Below are positions 20,601-29,315 of a stretch of 64,000 nt of DNA, piece by piece (positions within the stretch are counted from its first letter, which is position 1; each line of letters starts with the position of its first letter). Made by a program: the position numbers and the translations under genes. Origin of the DNA: Gemmatimonadales bacterium (GTDB lineage: Bacteria > Gemmatimonadota > Gemmatimonadetes > Gemmatimonadales > GWC2-71-9); NCBI GenBank assembly GCA_037189525.1, contig JBBCJC010000002.1:1280001-1344000 (forward strand), in the 5' to 3' direction. A model generated the notes under the pieces. The model saw nothing but the letters and a program-made list of their open reading frames with translations, was not told the DNA's origin and did not search any database.

Positions 20601-20952
20601 CGGCGACCTCTTGCCCTACATGTTCCGCCGGATGAAGATCGGGCCTTTGATCGGCACCAAGACCTGGGGTGGCCTGGTCGGAATCTGGGATTCGCCGCCT
20701 CTGATCGACGGTGGCAACATGCTGGCGCCGCGCGGCGGCTTCTTCGACCGGGATGGTAAGTGGGCGGTCGAGAACGAGGGCGTTGCGCCGGATATCGAGG
20801 TCGAGATGACGCCCAAGGACGTGATTGCCGGGCGGGATCCGCAGCTCGAGCGCGCTGTGGGTGAGGCGCTGCGCATGCTTCGGGAAAACCCGGTGGTACA
20901 CAAGAAGGAACCGCCGCCGCCGGTCCGTTCTCGGCGCCCGGGCAGCCGTTGA
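17683..20952 (+). CDS. Tricorn protease homolog (S41 family)
   Basis: PD40 propeller repeats, PDZ, DERFNGGG, AGSGGD, ENEGVAPD, DPQLERA. Confidence 0.95.
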   Translation: MKRWAVFLGLVVAAWLVPARLAAQTLLLRQPTVSERHIAFAYANNIWIVDRAGGDARRLTSFQGATSNPHLSPDGKLVAFTGQYGGNLDVYVVPVEGGEPTRLTWHPMPDQVTGWSPDGRRVVFASGRSSGPAGISKFWTVAVGGGAEEALAIPRGSEGSYSADGKHFAYVMPNFWDPEWRNYRGGQTRPIWIFDMASHDVVTPPWTDSRDVSPVWVGDKVFFLSDRDWGMNVWSYDMRSKQLAQVTKLSEYDIKTMSAGGGAIVFEYGGRIHLLDPATGRHQPVPITVRGDFPWLTPQWKPVQNLIFNAAVSPTGKRVVFEARGDIFTVPAEKGDWRNLTTTPGVADRNPAWSPDGRWISYFSDKSGEYRLIIAQADGTAPPREITLPKPTFYFTPAWSPDSKKILFTDTGLNLWIVDVATGKAIEADRDPYMVPQRSMNPVWSPDSRWIAYAKRLDSQLHAIYIYEVATGTVRQVTDGMADAVWPAWDASGKYLYFLGSTNFGLNTGWLEMQSYERPVTWSIYLAVLSKGEASPLLPESDEETVVDTTKAKPPAAAGAVTVNIDFDGLAGRTVALDLPARGYHTLRAGPAGTIFFLEPLPVTGAAAGPPPGNALHRYQLRERKATPFVSGAQTFQLSADGKKLLYRTPGQAGGWFLVDADKAPPPANTGRLNTAGMRMLVDAKAEFKQMFDEGWRFQRDFLYVPNLHGADYVKTKALYAPLAEHVRHRADLVYLQDVLGGEVAVGHSFVSPGDLPEVPNANTGLLGADFEIAGGRYRIAKILTGESWNAGLRSPLHAPGLDVRVGDYILSVNGAELAAGDNLFRLLEGTANRQTTLLVNDRPVADGARRVVVVPVGNEVGLRQFDWVEANRRRVDELSQGKLAYVYLPNTGGGGYTFFNRYFFAQQHKQGVVIDERFNGGGSAADYIVDLLARDYHGYFNNPVGDRRVFTTPQVGIWGPKVMLINESAGSGGDLLPYMFRRMKIGPLIGTKTWGGLVGIWDSPPLIDGGNMLAPRGGFFDRDGKWAVENEGVAPDIEVEMTPKDVIAGRDPQLERAVGEALRMLRENPVVHKKEPPPPVRSRRPGSR

Positions 20953-21028
20953 CCTGCTTCGGATAGTTCGACAGGGCTCAGGGGCAGTCGTTAAACCTGC
21001 TCCGGATACGTTCGACGGCCCCGTCAGG
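20941..21028 (+). repeat. imperfect tandem duplication (42 and 46 bp units) spanning the Tricorn stop codon
   Basis: GGCAGCCGTTGACCTGCTTCGGATAGTTCGACAGGGCTCAGG followed by GGCAGTCGTTAAACCTGCTCCGGATACGTTCGACGGCCCCGTCAGG. Confidence 0.75.
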
Positions 21029-21048
21029 AGTCTCTCCTGGCGGGGCCG
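21016..21048 (+). terminator. hairpin terminator
   Basis: CGGCCCCGTCAGGAG-TCT-CTCCTGGCGGGGCCG. Confidence 0.65.
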
Positions 21049-21068
21049 ATCGATTTTCGGCTATGAAC

Positions 21069-21112
21069 TTGCCATTCAAGTAGAGTTGACTATAGTCAAT
21101 TACTATGGTCAA
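21069..21112 (+). promoter_or_regulatory. TA promoter/operator
   Basis: TTGCCA-16-TATAGT; perfect palindrome TTGACTATAGTCAA (21086-21099) plus a degenerate copy over the start codon. Confidence 0.75.
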
Positions 21113-21359
21113 TACTCCAGATTCAATCTCCATTTCCGAATTCAAAGCAACCTGCCTCGCGGTGCTGGAGCGGGTACGCCGGACGGGGCGTCCGTTGCTC
21201 ATCACCCGCCATGGCGAGCCCATCGCAGAGGTCTATCCCCCATCCCGGGCGGCAGAGAAACGGGGCTGGCTGGGTGCGATGCAGGGCAGTGCCGTCATCA
21301 CCGGAGATCTGGTCGCACCGGCCGGCGAGCCCGGTGAATGGGAGGCGTTGGGCGAATGA
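21105..21359 (+). CDS. Phd/YefM family antitoxin
   Basis: ISISEFKATCLAVLERV..TG.PLLITRHGEPIAEV. Confidence 0.92.
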   Translation: MVNTPDSISISEFKATCLAVLERVRRTGRPLLITRHGEPIAEVYPPSRAAEKRGWLGAMQGSAVITGDLVAPAGEPGEWEALGE

Positions 21360-21751
21360 ACCTCCTGCTCGACACCCATATCTGGATCTGGAGTCAGCTC
21401 GCCCCGGATCGTCTGACCGCTCCGGTCCGGGAGGCCCTCGATCGGCCGGACCATGAACTATGGCTGTCACCCATTTCGATCTGGGAATCGCTGGTCCTGG
21501 TCGAGCGGGGGAGGCTCCAGGTTAGCGGCGATCCCAAGGTGTGGATCAATCAGATGCTCAAGGCCTCGCCGATTCGGGAGGCACCGCTGACCTTCGAAGT
21601 GGCCATCGAAAGCCGCCGAATCGACCTCCCGCATCAGGACCCCGCCGACCGGTTCCTGGCGGCCACCGCGCAGGTTCAGGCGCTCACCCTGGTGACGGCC
21701 GATGAGCGCCTCCTCGCCGGGCGTGGCTATCACGTCCTTCCAAACCGTTAG
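21356..21751 (+). CDS. vapC: VapC/PIN toxin
   Basis: LLLDTHIWIW, SPISIWE, HQDPADRFL, LVTAD; ATGA coupling. Confidence 0.93.
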   Translation: MNLLLDTHIWIWSQLAPDRLTAPVREALDRPDHELWLSPISIWESLVLVERGRLQVSGDPKVWINQMLKASPIREAPLTFEVAIESRRIDLPHQDPADRFLAATAQVQALTLVTADERLLAGRGYHVLPNR

Positions 21752-21815
21752 TTCCTTCCGCGTCGCCGACTCGTCGTGTTATCTGGGGGTGGGTTTGACG
21801 AAACCATCCTGACGA

Positions 21816-21875
21816 TATGTCGTACGACATACCACAAGGTTCACTGTTGACCGAATAAATGCCGAATCGTATCAT
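21816..21875 (+). promoter_or_regulatory. 16-bp palindrome and sigma-70 promoter of the exporter operon
   Basis: TATGTCGTACGACATA (21816-21831); TTGACC-17-TATCAT (21847-21875). Confidence 0.7.
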
Positions 21876-21894
21876 CTAAGCCCCCAAGGGAGCC

Positions 21895-23115
21895 ATGATG
21901 ACGAGTCCGAAGCCCGATTTGAGTCGCCTCAAGATCGACCGTACCCAGCTGCCGCCTGACGATGGTCGGAAGCGCTGGTGGATTGTCGCGATCGTGCTGA
22001 TCGCGCTCTTGGCCGCGGTGTATTTCTTCTTCCGCGGTTCGTCCGCCGTCCAGGTACAGGTCGTTCGCGCCGAGGTGGTGGGCGGGGGAGGCAATGCGGC
22101 CGGGATCACCGCCAACGGGTATGTCGTAGCGCGGACACGGGCGTCGGTTTCGTCCCGAATTTCCGGCCGGCTGGCATCGCTTGGTGTGGAGGAGGGCTCC
22201 CGGGTCCGTCGCGGCCAGATCCTGGCTCGGCTCGAGAACGCCGACTACGAAGCTGCCGTGGCGCAGGCGGCGGCCGATAGCCTGCGGGCGGTTGCCGCAT
22301 TGGAGGAAGCTCAGGTCGCCCGAGATCAGATCGGTCGCGATCTGGCGCGCGCCAAGGAACTGCTGGCCCGGAACCTCGAATCCGCCAGCGCCATCGAGAA
22401 TCTCACTGCGCAACTCGACGGCGCCTCGGCGCGCGTCGGTGTGCAGCAGGCGCAGATCCGTGCTGCGCAGGCAGCGCTGGCCTTTGCCAGGGCCAATCTC
22501 GACAACACTTACATCCGCGCCCCGTTCGACGGCACGGTGCTGCGCAAGGACGCCGAAGTCGGCGAAGTCGTGGCGCCGGTTGCGACCGGAGGCGGCCTGA
22601 CACGCGGGGCCGTGGTGACCATGGCCGATCTCGGAACCCTGGAAGTCGAAGTCGACGTCAACGAGGCGTACATCGCTCAGATCAAGGACGAGCAGCCGGC
22701 CCGCATCACCCTCGATGCCTATCCGTCGGTGAATTTTGCGGGGCGGGTCAGGCAGATCGTGCCGACGGCCGACCGGCAGCGCGCCACGGTGCAGGTCAAG
22801 GTCGCCATTACCGATCACGATCCCCGCATTCTTCCGGAGATGGGCGCGCGGGTCGAGTTCTTCGATTCGACCGCAACCGATGCGGGCGCGCCGAGCCGAG
22901 TCTTCGTACCTGCCGACGCGGTGCGCAGCGATGGGCCGGACACCATCGTCTGGGTCGTCAGGGATGGCGTGGTGCGACGGACCGTGGTGCAGGCCGGGCC
23001 CGTGTCGGGCGGGCGACGTGAAATCCGGAGCGGGCTCTCCGGTGGAGAGAGCCTGGTCAACAAACCACCCGCAGGTCTCGAAGAGGGAGGTCGAGTCGAT
23101 GTCGTCACCCCATAG
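21895..23115 (+). CDS. periplasmic adaptor (MacA/HlyD-like)
   Basis: TM anchor, lipoyl halves, IRAPFDGTV, EVDVNE. Confidence 0.92.
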   Translation: MMTSPKPDLSRLKIDRTQLPPDDGRKRWWIVAIVLIALLAAVYFFFRGSSAVQVQVVRAEVVGGGGNAAGITANGYVVARTRASVSSRISGRLASLGVEEGSRVRRGQILARLENADYEAAVAQAAADSLRAVAALEEAQVARDQIGRDLARAKELLARNLESASAIENLTAQLDGASARVGVQQAQIRAAQAALAFARANLDNTYIRAPFDGTVLRKDAEVGEVVAPVATGGGLTRGAVVTMADLGTLEVEVDVNEAYIAQIKDEQPARITLDAYPSVNFAGRVRQIVPTADRQRATVQVKVAITDHDPRILPEMGARVEFFDSTATDAGAPSRVFVPADAVRSDGPDTIVWVVRDGVVRRTVVQAGPVSGGRREIRSGLSGGESLVNKPPAGLEEGGRVDVVTP

Positions 23116-23818
23116 TGCGCCGGTCGATCCTACGCAGGCGAACGGACGGGTCCTGGTCGAGATCCGCGACCTGGCCAAATCGTACCGGCGGGGCAGTGAG
23201 GCCATTCGGGTTTTCCAGGACGTCAACCTCGAGATCCGCGAGGGTGAGTTCCTGGCGCTGATGGGGCCTTCGGGCAGCGGTAAATCGACCCTGCTCAATA
23301 TCCTGGCCGGACTCGACACGCCCACCAGCGGCAGCGTCATGGTCGATGGGCAGGACATCACGCGGATGAACGCGCGCCAGCTCGCGGCATGGCGAGCCAC
23401 CCATGTCGGTTTCATCTTTCAGTTCTACAACCTGCTTCCGGTCCTGACGGCGGCGCAGAACGTCGAGTTGCCACTCCTGCTCACTAACCTGCCGAAGAAG
23501 CAGCGTCACGAGCATGTCATGACCGCGCTGTCCGTGGTAGGTCTTACCGATCGCGCCGAGCATTTTCCTCGGCAGCTTTCGGGCGGGCAACAGCAGCGGG
23601 TCGGCATTGCGCGCGCCATCGTGAGCGACCCCACCATCATCCTGGGCGACGAGCCGACCGGTGACCTCGATGCCGCGTCCGGCAACGAGATCCTGGCGCT
23701 CCTGGAGCGGCTCTCGGGTGAGTATGGCAAAACCATTTTGATGGTGACGCACGATGCGCATGCCGCGAGCCGGGCGCAGGCCACCATGCACATGGACAAG
23801 GGGGTGCTGTCGCGATGA
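23099..23818 (+). CDS. ABC ATPase (MacB/LolD-like)
   Basis: GPSGSGKST, LSGGQQQRV, DEPTGDLD, VTHD. Confidence 0.95.
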   Translation: MSSPHSAPVDPTQANGRVLVEIRDLAKSYRRGSEAIRVFQDVNLEIREGEFLALMGPSGSGKSTLLNILAGLDTPTSGSVMVDGQDITRMNARQLAAWRATHVGFIFQFYNLLPVLTAAQNVELPLLLTNLPKKQRHEHVMTALSVVGLTDRAEHFPRQLSGGQQQRVGIARAIVSDPTIILGDEPTGDLDAASGNEILALLERLSGEYGKTILMVTHDAHAASRAQATMHMDKGVLSR

Positions 23819-24954
23819 GCCTCCTCCGTCTGGTGTGGGCAAACCTCTTCCGGAACAAGAAGCGGACCTTCCTCACCGTCGCGAGCGTCCTGATCGCGTT
23901 CTTCCTGTTCGGGACGCTCCGGTCGGTCATCACCACGCTCGATGCCGCGGCTGAAGTGGGCAGCGAGGCGCGACTGATCACGTCGAGCGCATCGGGGATC
24001 ACCTTCGTGCTTCCCGAAGCGCACGCCAACCGGCTTCGGGCCGTCGAGGGGGTCAAGGGAGTCAGCTGGGCAAACTGGTTTGGCGGGTACTATCAGGATC
24101 CGCAGGACTTCTTTGCGCAGTTTGCCATCACGGCGGACACCTACTTGCCGATGTACCCGGAGATTCAGATCACGGCCGGAGACGTCGAGGCGTTCAAGCG
24201 GGAGCGTACAGCGGCGCTGGTGGGCGTTGGGCTGATGGAGAAGTATGGCTGGCAGGTGGGACAGACCGTCACGCTCAAGGGCACCATCTTCGCGGGTGAC
24301 TGGGAGTTCGTGATTCGCGCGGTATATACCCCCACGATTCCGAGCTTTGGGGATGAGGTGTTCTACTTTCACTACGCCTATCTCTACGAGCGCAGTAACG
24401 GGCAGATCAGCCCGGGTTGGTTTGCGCTGGAGCTCGATCGGCCGGATATCGCGGCCGACGTGGCGGCCACCATCGACGCGCAGTTCAAGAATTCGACTGC
24501 TCCGACCAAGACCGAAACGGAGCGCGCCTTTCAGGCCGGTTTTGTCACCATGTGGGGCAACATCGGCTTTCTGGTGAGCGCCATCGGCACGGCGGTGTTC
24601 TTTGCGATCCTCTTCGTGGCGGCCAACACCATGATGATGTCGGTGCGTGAACGGGTGGGAGAAGTGGCCGTGCTCAAGACGCTGGGTTTTCAGGAGGGGA
24701 CGCTCTTCGGTCTGGTGCTGGCCGAGTCGATTCTGATCACCTTGCTGGGCGGTGTGCTGGGGTTGGGGCTTGCCAAGCTTGCGTTCATGGGCAACAACCC
24801 GCTCAATGCGTTCTTTCCCGGCTTTGGGGTCACCGGCGGCACCTTCGCGGTCGGCATTGCGATGGCCATTGCTCTTGGGCTGGTCAGCGGAGCCGTCCCG
24901 GCCATCCAGTCCGCCAGGTTGTCGGTCGTCAACGCACTTCGGCGTGTGGCGTGA
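23815..24954 (+). CDS. ABC permease (MacB/FtsX)
   Basis: ANTMMMSVRERVGEVAVLKTLGF, four-TM layout. Confidence 0.92.
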   Translation: MSLLRLVWANLFRNKKRTFLTVASVLIAFFLFGTLRSVITTLDAAAEVGSEARLITSSASGITFVLPEAHANRLRAVEGVKGVSWANWFGGYYQDPQDFFAQFAITADTYLPMYPEIQITAGDVEAFKRERTAALVGVGLMEKYGWQVGQTVTLKGTIFAGDWEFVIRAVYTPTIPSFGDEVFYFHYAYLYERSNGQISPGWFALELDRPDIAADVAATIDAQFKNSTAPTKTETERAFQAGFVTMWGNIGFLVSAIGTAVFFAILFVAANTMMMSVRERVGEVAVLKTLGFQEGTLFGLVLAESILITLLGGVLGLGLAKLAFMGNNPLNAFFPGFGVTGGTFAVGIAMAIALGLVSGAVPAIQSARLSVVNALRRVA

Positions 24955-24964
24955 GGGGGGCATC

Positions 24965-26131
24965 GTGAAGATTCCGATCATCTACAACATCCGGAGCTTG
25001 CGCCAGCGACCCATTTCCACGCTGACGACTGCGTTGGGCATGGCCGTCGTGGTCGCGGTCTTCGTGGCAATGAACGCCATGGCCAACGGTTTCCGCTCGG
25101 CCCTGGTGAGCACCGGTTCGACCGAGAACGTGCTGCTGCTACGGAAAGGGGCAGGCGCCGAGATGAACAGCGGCCTCGGTCGTCAGGTGGCGAGCGTCGT
25201 GTCCGGGCTGCCATTTGTGGCGCAGAATGCGGCGGGTCAGCCGATGGTGAGTCCCGAGACCTTCGTGGTCGTTCCGATGGAGCGGGCGGGCGGGGGCGGG
25301 ATGGCCAACGTCGTGGTTCGCGGGGTCAGCGAACGGGCGCTCGAGGTGCGGAAGAATATCGAAGTCATCGAGGGACGACCGTTCCGCTCGGGTGCGCGTG
25401 AGGTCATCGTCGGTGCGTCCTATGCGAAGCGATTCCCCAATTCAGGGGTGGGCCAGGTCGTTCGGTTTGCCGAGCAGGACTGGACCATCGTGGGGCACTT
25501 TTCGGCTGGCGGCTCGTCGTTCGAATCCGAGATCTGGGGCGAGAACGAGCAGTTCATGCCCGTGTTTCGAGGCCAGGTCTTTCAGTCGATCACCTTTCGG
25601 ATGAAGGACCCGGCGGCGTTCGACGGTATCAAAGAAACGCTCGAAGCCGATGCGCGGCTGGTGGTCGACGCCGAGCGGGAGCTGGCGTTCTATGAGAAGC
25701 AGTCGTCCGGCGTGGCCACGATGCTCAGCTTCATCGCCGTCTTCATCGCATCGATCATGGCGGTGGGCGCGGTCTTCGGGGCGGTCAATACGATGTACGC
25801 GGCGGTCGCGTCCCGCGCGCCGGAGATCGGGGTGCTGCTCACGCTCGGGTTCCAGCCCAGGAGCGTAATGAGTTCGTTCCTGCTGGAGTCCGTTTTCATC
25901 GCTGTGGTGGGCGGGGCCATCGGTTGTCTGTTGGCGCTGCCGATCAACGGGCTCGTAACCAGCACCACGAATTGGGCGTCATTCAGCGAGATTGCGTTCG
26001 CGTTTCGGGTGACACCGGGGTTGTTGCTCAACGGGATGATCTTTGCGCTGGCGATGGGCTTCTTCGGTGGTCTCCTGCCGGCGCGGCGGGCAGCCAAACA
26101 GCAGGTCGTGGACGCACTCAGGGAGGCATGA
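24965..26131 (+). CDS. second ABC permease (MacB/FtsX)
   Basis: NTMYAAVASRAPEIGVLLTLGF, PARRAA. Confidence 0.92.
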   Translation: MKIPIIYNIRSLRQRPISTLTTALGMAVVVAVFVAMNAMANGFRSALVSTGSTENVLLLRKGAGAEMNSGLGRQVASVVSGLPFVAQNAAGQPMVSPETFVVVPMERAGGGGMANVVVRGVSERALEVRKNIEVIEGRPFRSGAREVIVGASYAKRFPNSGVGQVVRFAEQDWTIVGHFSAGGSSFESEIWGENEQFMPVFRGQVFQSITFRMKDPAAFDGIKETLEADARLVVDAERELAFYEKQSSGVATMLSFIAVFIASIMAVGAVFGAVNTMYAAVASRAPEIGVLLTLGFQPRSVMSSFLLESVFIAVVGGAIGCLLALPINGLVTSTTNWASFSEIAFAFRVTPGLLLNGMIFALAMGFFGGLLPARRAAKQQVVDALREA

Positions 26132-26178
26132 CGAGGCGAGACACCTGCTCTCGTGCCGATCGATTCCGGAGTTTGCTG

Positions 26179-26946
26179 CTAGCGCTCCCTCGTCCAGAGG
26201 AGCACGACTCCGCACTCGGTGCCCACGGCCTGGTACTCGATCGGCACCATCCCGTTGCTGCGATAGACTTCGATGGCCTCGAGTGAATGCACTTTGAAGT
26301 CGTCGATGTTGGGTGGTTCGGTCCGGCCCGGGGCCCAGATCAGAATGCCGTCGAGGTACACCGTACTGTAGCAACCGATCGGAAAGGGGCACCGCCCCCT
26401 TGGGGGAACATACAGGCTGGAGACACCGCGATTGGTGCCGAGGGCAAAACCGCCGCCGCAACGTTCTGGCCTGCGGATGGTATGAAGGCCGGTGGCGCGG
26501 AGCACGGTGCTCATGAGCGAGTGCTCCTGTTCTGCAAGCTCTGCACGCGTGAGAAACGTACCGATGCCTTTCTCCCGCCGCTCATCGAAGCCCGCCAGCT
26601 TGGCACTCCGTACGGCCGGCGCGTCGACCCGGGTCACGACTGAATCCATGACTTGTGCCATGCGCTGTAGCTCAAACTCGATGTCCACGATTGCCGAGTC
26701 GCGGACCTGGACATTGAGATAAATCGGATGGAACCCGACCGCCCTCGCCAGCACCACGCGGCGGCCGGCCGGCACCGAGAGAGAAAATTCGCCTGCAGCA
26801 TTGGTGCGACTGGAGAGGCGGAATTCTTCGATCAGGACCTCGACATCGCTGAGCGGACGTCCGCGATCTGTCACGATCCCCGTGACGGTACCCTGGGCAG
26901 CGAGGTCGGTTGCGAGCAGGGCGAGAGCGATGAAGAGGCGTGCCAT
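26179..26946 (-). CDS. secreted carboxypeptidase-regulatory-like + TonB plug-like protein with no barrel
   Basis: Signal peptide, GTVTGIVTD..TNAAGEF, YLDG..LEAIEVY..P.EY..CGVVLLWT. Confidence 0.7.
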   Translation of the reverse strand: MARLFIALALLATDLAAQGTVTGIVTDRGRPLSDVEVLIEEFRLSSRTNAAGEFSLSVPAGRRVVLARAVGFHPIYLNVQVRDSAIVDIEFELQRMAQVMDSVVTRVDAPAVRSAKLAGFDERREKGIGTFLTRAELAEQEHSLMSTVLRATGLHTIRRPERCGGGFALGTNRGVSSLYVPPRGRCPFPIGCYSTVYLDGILIWAPGRTEPPNIDDFKVHSLEAIEVYRSNGMVPIEYQAVGTECGVVLLWTRER

Positions 26947-27111
26947 CCTCTCTCCGTGGCCACTGGGCAGCGAAGAGCGATTGCTCGGGCTAGTGGCTCT
27001 CTAGAGCAGGCCGTAAGGAGGAAGCCCGCTGCCAGCAACAGGCCGATCCTGCAGGCGGGAACGAGGGCGACAACCATAGCTGCAACCTCGTTCCCCCTTC
27101 TCGTTCCGCAG

Positions 27112-27756
27112 TTACCAGATCAGTGGCGCCGCCGTCGATTCCTCGAGTTGCTCTTTGGTCCAGCCGGGCAGTAGTTCGACCACCCGAAGCCCGTCCGGGG
27201 TCACGTCCAACACGCACCGCTCGGTGATGATCCGGTCGACGCATCCTTCGCCCGTGAGGGGGAGGGTGCAGCGCTCGAGGATCTTCGGACTTCCCTTGGC
27301 GGTGTGCTCCATCACCACGATGACCCGCCGCGCGCCGGCCACCAGGTCCATCGCTCCGCCCATCCCTTTGACCATCTTGCCCGGGATCATCCAGTTGGCC
27401 AGGTCGCCGTTGGAGGCCACTTGCATGGCGCCCAGGAAGCACAGCGCGACATGCCCGCCACGAATCATTCCGAATGAGGTAGCGCTGTCGAAATAGCTGG
27501 TACCCGGCAGCTCGCTGACGGTTTCTTTGCCGGCATTGATCAGATCGGCGTCTTCCTCCCCGTCGAGCGGGTAGGGGCCGACACCGAGCATGCCGTTTTC
27601 CGATTGCAGTACGACCTCGACACCCGGGGGCACGTTGTCGGCAATCATGGTCGGAATGCCGATGCCGAGATTGACGTAAAAGCCGGTACCTTCATCGAGC
27701 GAGAGCAGTTCCTGCGCAGCCCGCTTGACGATGATCTGTCGGATCTCTTCGCTCAT
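27112..27756 (-). CDS. scoB: 3-oxoacid CoA-transferase subunit B
   Basis: [22 protein letters not shown]. Confidence 0.93.
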   Translation of the reverse strand: MSEEIRQIIVKRAAQELLSLDEGTGFYVNLGIGIPTMIADNVPPGVEVVLQSENGMLGVGPYPLDGEEDADLINAGKETVSELPGTSYFDSATSFGMIRGGHVALCFLGAMQVASNGDLANWMIPGKMVKGMGGAMDLVAGARRVIVVMEHTAKGSPKILERCTLPLTGEGCVDRIITERCVLDVTPDGLRVVELLPGWTKEQLEESTAAPLIW

Positions 27757-28448
27757 CGGGCCCTCACCGTCCGCCGTTCGATCAGCTTCTCGGTCGTCTT
27801 GCGAAGGAAAATTCGCTGGACGAAGATGGCGGGCGTGTGCACCTGATCGCCGTCGATCTCGCCCGGCTCGACCAGGTTCTCGACTTCCGCGATGGTGATC
27901 CGACCCGCCGTCGCCATCATCGGATTGAAGTTTCGGGACGTCTTGCGGAAGACGAGATTGCCGAAGCGGTCGCCCTTCCAGGCTCGGACCAGGGCAAAAT
28001 CACCGGTGATGCCGCGCTCCATGACGTAGCGGCGGCCGTCGAACTCGCGGACTTCCTTGCCTTCCGCTACCAGGGTGCCCACACCGGTCGGCGTGAAGAA
28101 CGCCGGAATTCCCGCGCCGCCCGCGCGAATCCGTTCGGACAGCGTACCTTGCGGGATCAGTTCGACCTCGAGTTCGCCCGAGAGCATCTGCTGCTCGAAG
28201 ACGGCGTTCTCGCCCACGTAGCTCGCCATCATTTTCCTGATCTGCTTGTTCTTGAGCAGATGGACTAGACCGTGGTGGGTGGTGCCGGCGTTGTTGCTCA
28301 CCACCGTGAGCCCATCGACGCCGAGTTCACGCACGGCGTCGATACACTCCTCGGGAACGCCGCAGAGCCCGAAGCCGCCCACCAGCAGCGTCGAACCGGC
28401 GGGAATGTCGGCGCAGGCTGCCCTGGCGTCGGAATAGACTTTATTCAT
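27753..28448 (-). CDS. scoA: 3-oxoacid CoA-transferase subunit A
   Basis: [27 protein letters not shown]. Confidence 0.93.
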   Translation of the reverse strand: MNKVYSDARAACADIPAGSTLLVGGFGLCGVPEECIDAVRELGVDGLTVVSNNAGTTHHGLVHLLKNKQIRKMMASYVGENAVFEQQMLSGELEVELIPQGTLSERIRAGGAGIPAFFTPTGVGTLVAEGKEVREFDGRRYVMERGITGDFALVRAWKGDRFGNLVFRKTSRNFNPMMATAGRITIAEVENLVEPGEIDGDQVHTPAIFVQRIFLRKTTEKLIERRTVRAR

Positions 28449-28484
28449 GGCTGGTAAGGTAGGTGAATCCCGGATCGATGGTAA

Positions 28485-29315
28485 CTAGCTGATCCAGGGC
28501 CGCACGATGGCCGAGGCCTGTTCCAGGGCCGTCGGGTCGATCCCGGTCGATGCTCCAAATAAAGAGACCAGGGCCTGGGTTGCCACGTTGCCGGTTGCGC
28601 CCGGAGCGAAAGGGCACCCGCCGATCCCGCCCGCACTCGAATCGAACGCCGTGATCCCCATCTGATGAGCCCGCGCCGAGTTGGCGACGGCATGACCGAA
28701 GGTATCGTGGAAGTGCATGGCGAGGCGGTTAGCTCCCACCACGGGGAGCAGCAGGTCGAGCAGCCGGGCCACCTCGTCGGGTACCGCTTTGCCGATAGTA
28801 TCGCCGATCGACAGTTCGGTGCATCCCAGGGCCAACAGCGCCTCGCACACCGGCAGCACGGCCTCCGGCCGGATTGGTCCCTCATAGGGGCAGTGCCAGG
28901 CGGTCGACACGTAGCCCCGTACCGGCACCGGTGAGCGCTCCACCACCGGTCGGAATCGCTCGATCGACTCGGCGATGGTGGCGTTGATGTTCTTGCGGGT
29001 AAAGCTCTCGCTTGCCGCGGTAAAGACGGCAACTTTGTCCACCTGCGCCGCGATGGCCCGCTCCAGTCCCGCCTCGTTAGGCACCAGCGCCATGTACCGG
29101 ACTCCCGGCTTCCGTTCGATCCGGGCAAACACCTCGGCGGCATCGGCAAGCTGGGGCACCCACTTGGGCGAGACGAACGAACTGACTTCGATCTCGTCGA
29201 ACCCGGCGGCCGACAGCGCGTCGACGAAGGCGACCTTCACCTCGGTCGGGATCGTTTTGGCCTCGGTCTGCAGTCCGTCTCGCGGACCCACTTCGATCAG
29301 GCGAACCTGGCTCAT
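28485..29315 (-). CDS. hydroxymethylglutaryl-CoA lyase
   Basis: EVGPRDGLQ, HFHDT, GGCPFAPGATGNVAT. Confidence 0.95.
   Translation of the reverse strand: MSQVRLIEVGPRDGLQTEAKTIPTEVKVAFVDALSAAGFDEIEVSSFVSPKWVPQLADAAEVFARIERKPGVRYMALVPNEAGLERAIAAQVDKVAVFTAASESFTRKNINATIAESIERFRPVVERSPVPVRGYVSTAWHCPYEGPIRPEAVLPVCEALLALGCTELSIGDTIGKAVPDEVARLLDLLLPVVGANRLAMHFHDTFGHAVANSARAHQMGITAFDSSAGGIGGCPFAPGATGNVATQALVSLFGASTGIDPTALEQASAIVRPWIS

Noticed and set aside
26871..27077. Small lipoprotein ORF (LLLAAGFLLTAC)
   Set aside because: Overlaps the next gene out of frame with an implausible tail; at most a 5' remnant.
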